Assembly: GCF_016495405.1 (NCBI RefSeq)
Contig: NZ_CP044522.1
Span: 2,237,876-2,261,875, forward strand
DNA: 24,000 nt
From: Cobetia sp. cqz5-12
Lineage (GTDB): Bacteria > Pseudomonadota > Gammaproteobacteria > Pseudomonadales > Halomonadaceae
Direction: 5' to 3'
In this document: positions 23,153 to 24,000 of the stretch, in pieces
Layout of the letters: each line of letters begins with the position of its first letter
Numbering within the stretch: the first letter of the stretch is position 1
The notes under the pieces: model-generated
The model's input: the letters and a program-made list of their open reading frames with translations, nothing else
Databases searched by the model: none
Told to the model about the DNA's origin: nothing
Position numbers and translations under genes: made by a program

Positions 23153-24000
23153 ATGTCCAAGTTGATTCTCTCGCTGGATGGTGGCGGCATACGTGGCGCA
23201 GCCACCGCCCGGTTTCTGATGCATATCGATGCGACACTCAAGCGCGACCACCAGACCACACTGCGCGACTGCGTCGATTTCTACGCAGGCACCTCTACCG
23301 GCAGCCTGATCGCGCTGGCGCTGGCTACCACCGACATGAGCCTCGAGGACATCAACGGGCTCTACAGCGCAACCAATGCCAGGAAGATCTTCGTCGACAA
23401 CCGCGGCTGGTTCGAACTCGATGGCATCAATGCGCCCAGGTACGAGGCCCGGGGCAAGAGCGCGATGCTCAAGAAGCATCTCGGCCAGGCCAAGCTCCGG
23501 GATGTCCCTGACGGCAAGCAGGTCCTCGTCGTCACCTACGGGATCGAGAGACGCCGCCCGCATGTGCTGAAGTCCAGCAAGCGCGAGCATCACAAGTTGC
23601 TGGCCTGGCAGGTGGCGGATGCCTCGAGCGCCGCGCCCACCTACTTCCCGACCCGCGACATGAAACTCGGGACGGACAATGAGCAGACCTGGCTGATCGA
23701 TGGCGGCGTGATCGCCAACAACCCGACCATGTGCGCCATCGCCGAAGCCTGTCGACTGTGGCCACATGACACCCGGCGCGTGCTGTCGATCGGTACCGGG
23801 ACGCGCACGCGCAAGATCAACGGCCCGGATTCCCAGCATTGGGGCGCGGTGCAGTGGATGCTGGAAGGCAGTCTGATCGACGTGCTCTCCGACGAGAAGG
23901 TCGTCGGCTATCAGGCCATCACCATCTCTCCGCCGGGCAGCTACATCCGCGTCAACGCCGAGATGCGCCCGCAACCGGGATTGCCCAAGGCGCCTGATGA
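23153..24000 (+). CDS. Patatin-like phospholipase (3' end lies right of the window); not listed in the supplied ORF track
   Basis: My own translation of + frame 2 from ATG 23153 (AGGAGG 23142-23147) has no stop before base 24000. It reads MSKLILSLDGGGIRGAATARFL...DFYAGTSTGSLIALAL...ADASSAAPTYFP...WLIDGGVIANNPTMCAIAEA...LSIGTGT...YIRVN. It carries DGGGxRG (oxyanion hole), GTSTG (GxSxG serine) and DGG (catalytic Asp). An alternative in-frame ATG at 23111 follows AGGAG. Confidence 0.9.
   Translation, partial: MSKLILSLDGGGIRGAATARFLMHIDATLKRDHQTTLRDCVDFYAGTSTGSLIALALATTDMSLEDINGLYSATNARKIFVDNRGWFELDGINAPRYEARGKSAMLKKHLGQAKLRDVPDGKQVLVVTYGIERRRPHVLKSSKREHHKLLAWQVADASSAAPTYFPTRDMKLGTDNEQTWLIDGGVIANNPTMCAIAEACRLWPHDTRRVLSIGTGTRTRKINGPDSQHWGAVQWMLEGSLIDVLSDEKVVGYQAITISPPGSYIRVNAEMRPQPGLPKAPD

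Noticed and set aside
23129-23974. 281-aa minus-strand ORF given in the track at the right end
   Set aside because: It is the antisense shadow of the + strand patatin gene. The translation is Arg/Ala/Gly/Asp-rich with no motifs, whereas the + frame carries all patatin catalytic signatures and a proper SD.
1-24000. Searched for CRISPR arrays, IS or transposon ends, integrase/recombinase genes, retron or DGR-like elements and prophage genes
   Set aside because: None found. The only repeats are the short tandem arrays listed, there are no long terminal inverted repeats, and there are no ORFs with transposase, integrase or reverse-transcriptase motifs.

Overview
High-GC, gene-dense proteobacterial chromosomal segment. 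The proteins look gammaproteobacterial, possibly Halomonas-like, but that guess cannot be verified from the sequence alone. Most of the window is ordinary transport and redox housekeeping. Left to right: a LacI-family repressor 3' end, an MFS transporter, a DAACS-family symporter, a secreted protein of unknown function and a coiled-coil/helix-hairpin-helix protein. Next comes a three-gene membrane flavoprotein-cytochrome c dehydrogenase operon (TAT small subunit, FAD subunit, triheme cytochrome c), then a lipoprotein and an AraC regulator with two tandem EamA/DMT paralogs. After those: a higB-higA toxin-antitoxin cassette, an NCS1 (cytosine-permease-like) transporter, a YdeP/FdhF-type molybdopterin oxidoreductase divergent from a hemerythrin-like gene, a spermidine-synthase-like methyltransferase, an orphan ORF and an SDR oxidoreductase. 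I saw no rRNA, tRNA, CRISPR array, transposase, integrase or phage structural gene. Most long antisense ORFs in the supplied track are GC-driven shadow frames. The most notable item is a patatin-like phospholipase gene on the + strand at 23153 that runs off the right edge. It is absent from the ORF track, which lists only its antisense shadow. It could be a lone lipase or the first gene of a defence operon (CapV-like), and the sequence needed to decide lies outside the window. Secondary items are the higBA cassette with a readable promoter/operator, a 15-bp x5 tandem array with twin TTCGCGAA palindromes in an AT-richer low-coding-density kilobase (20943-21964), and several unexplained long leaders and short tandem repeats. 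I cannot support a complete novel multi-gene system inside these 24 kb.
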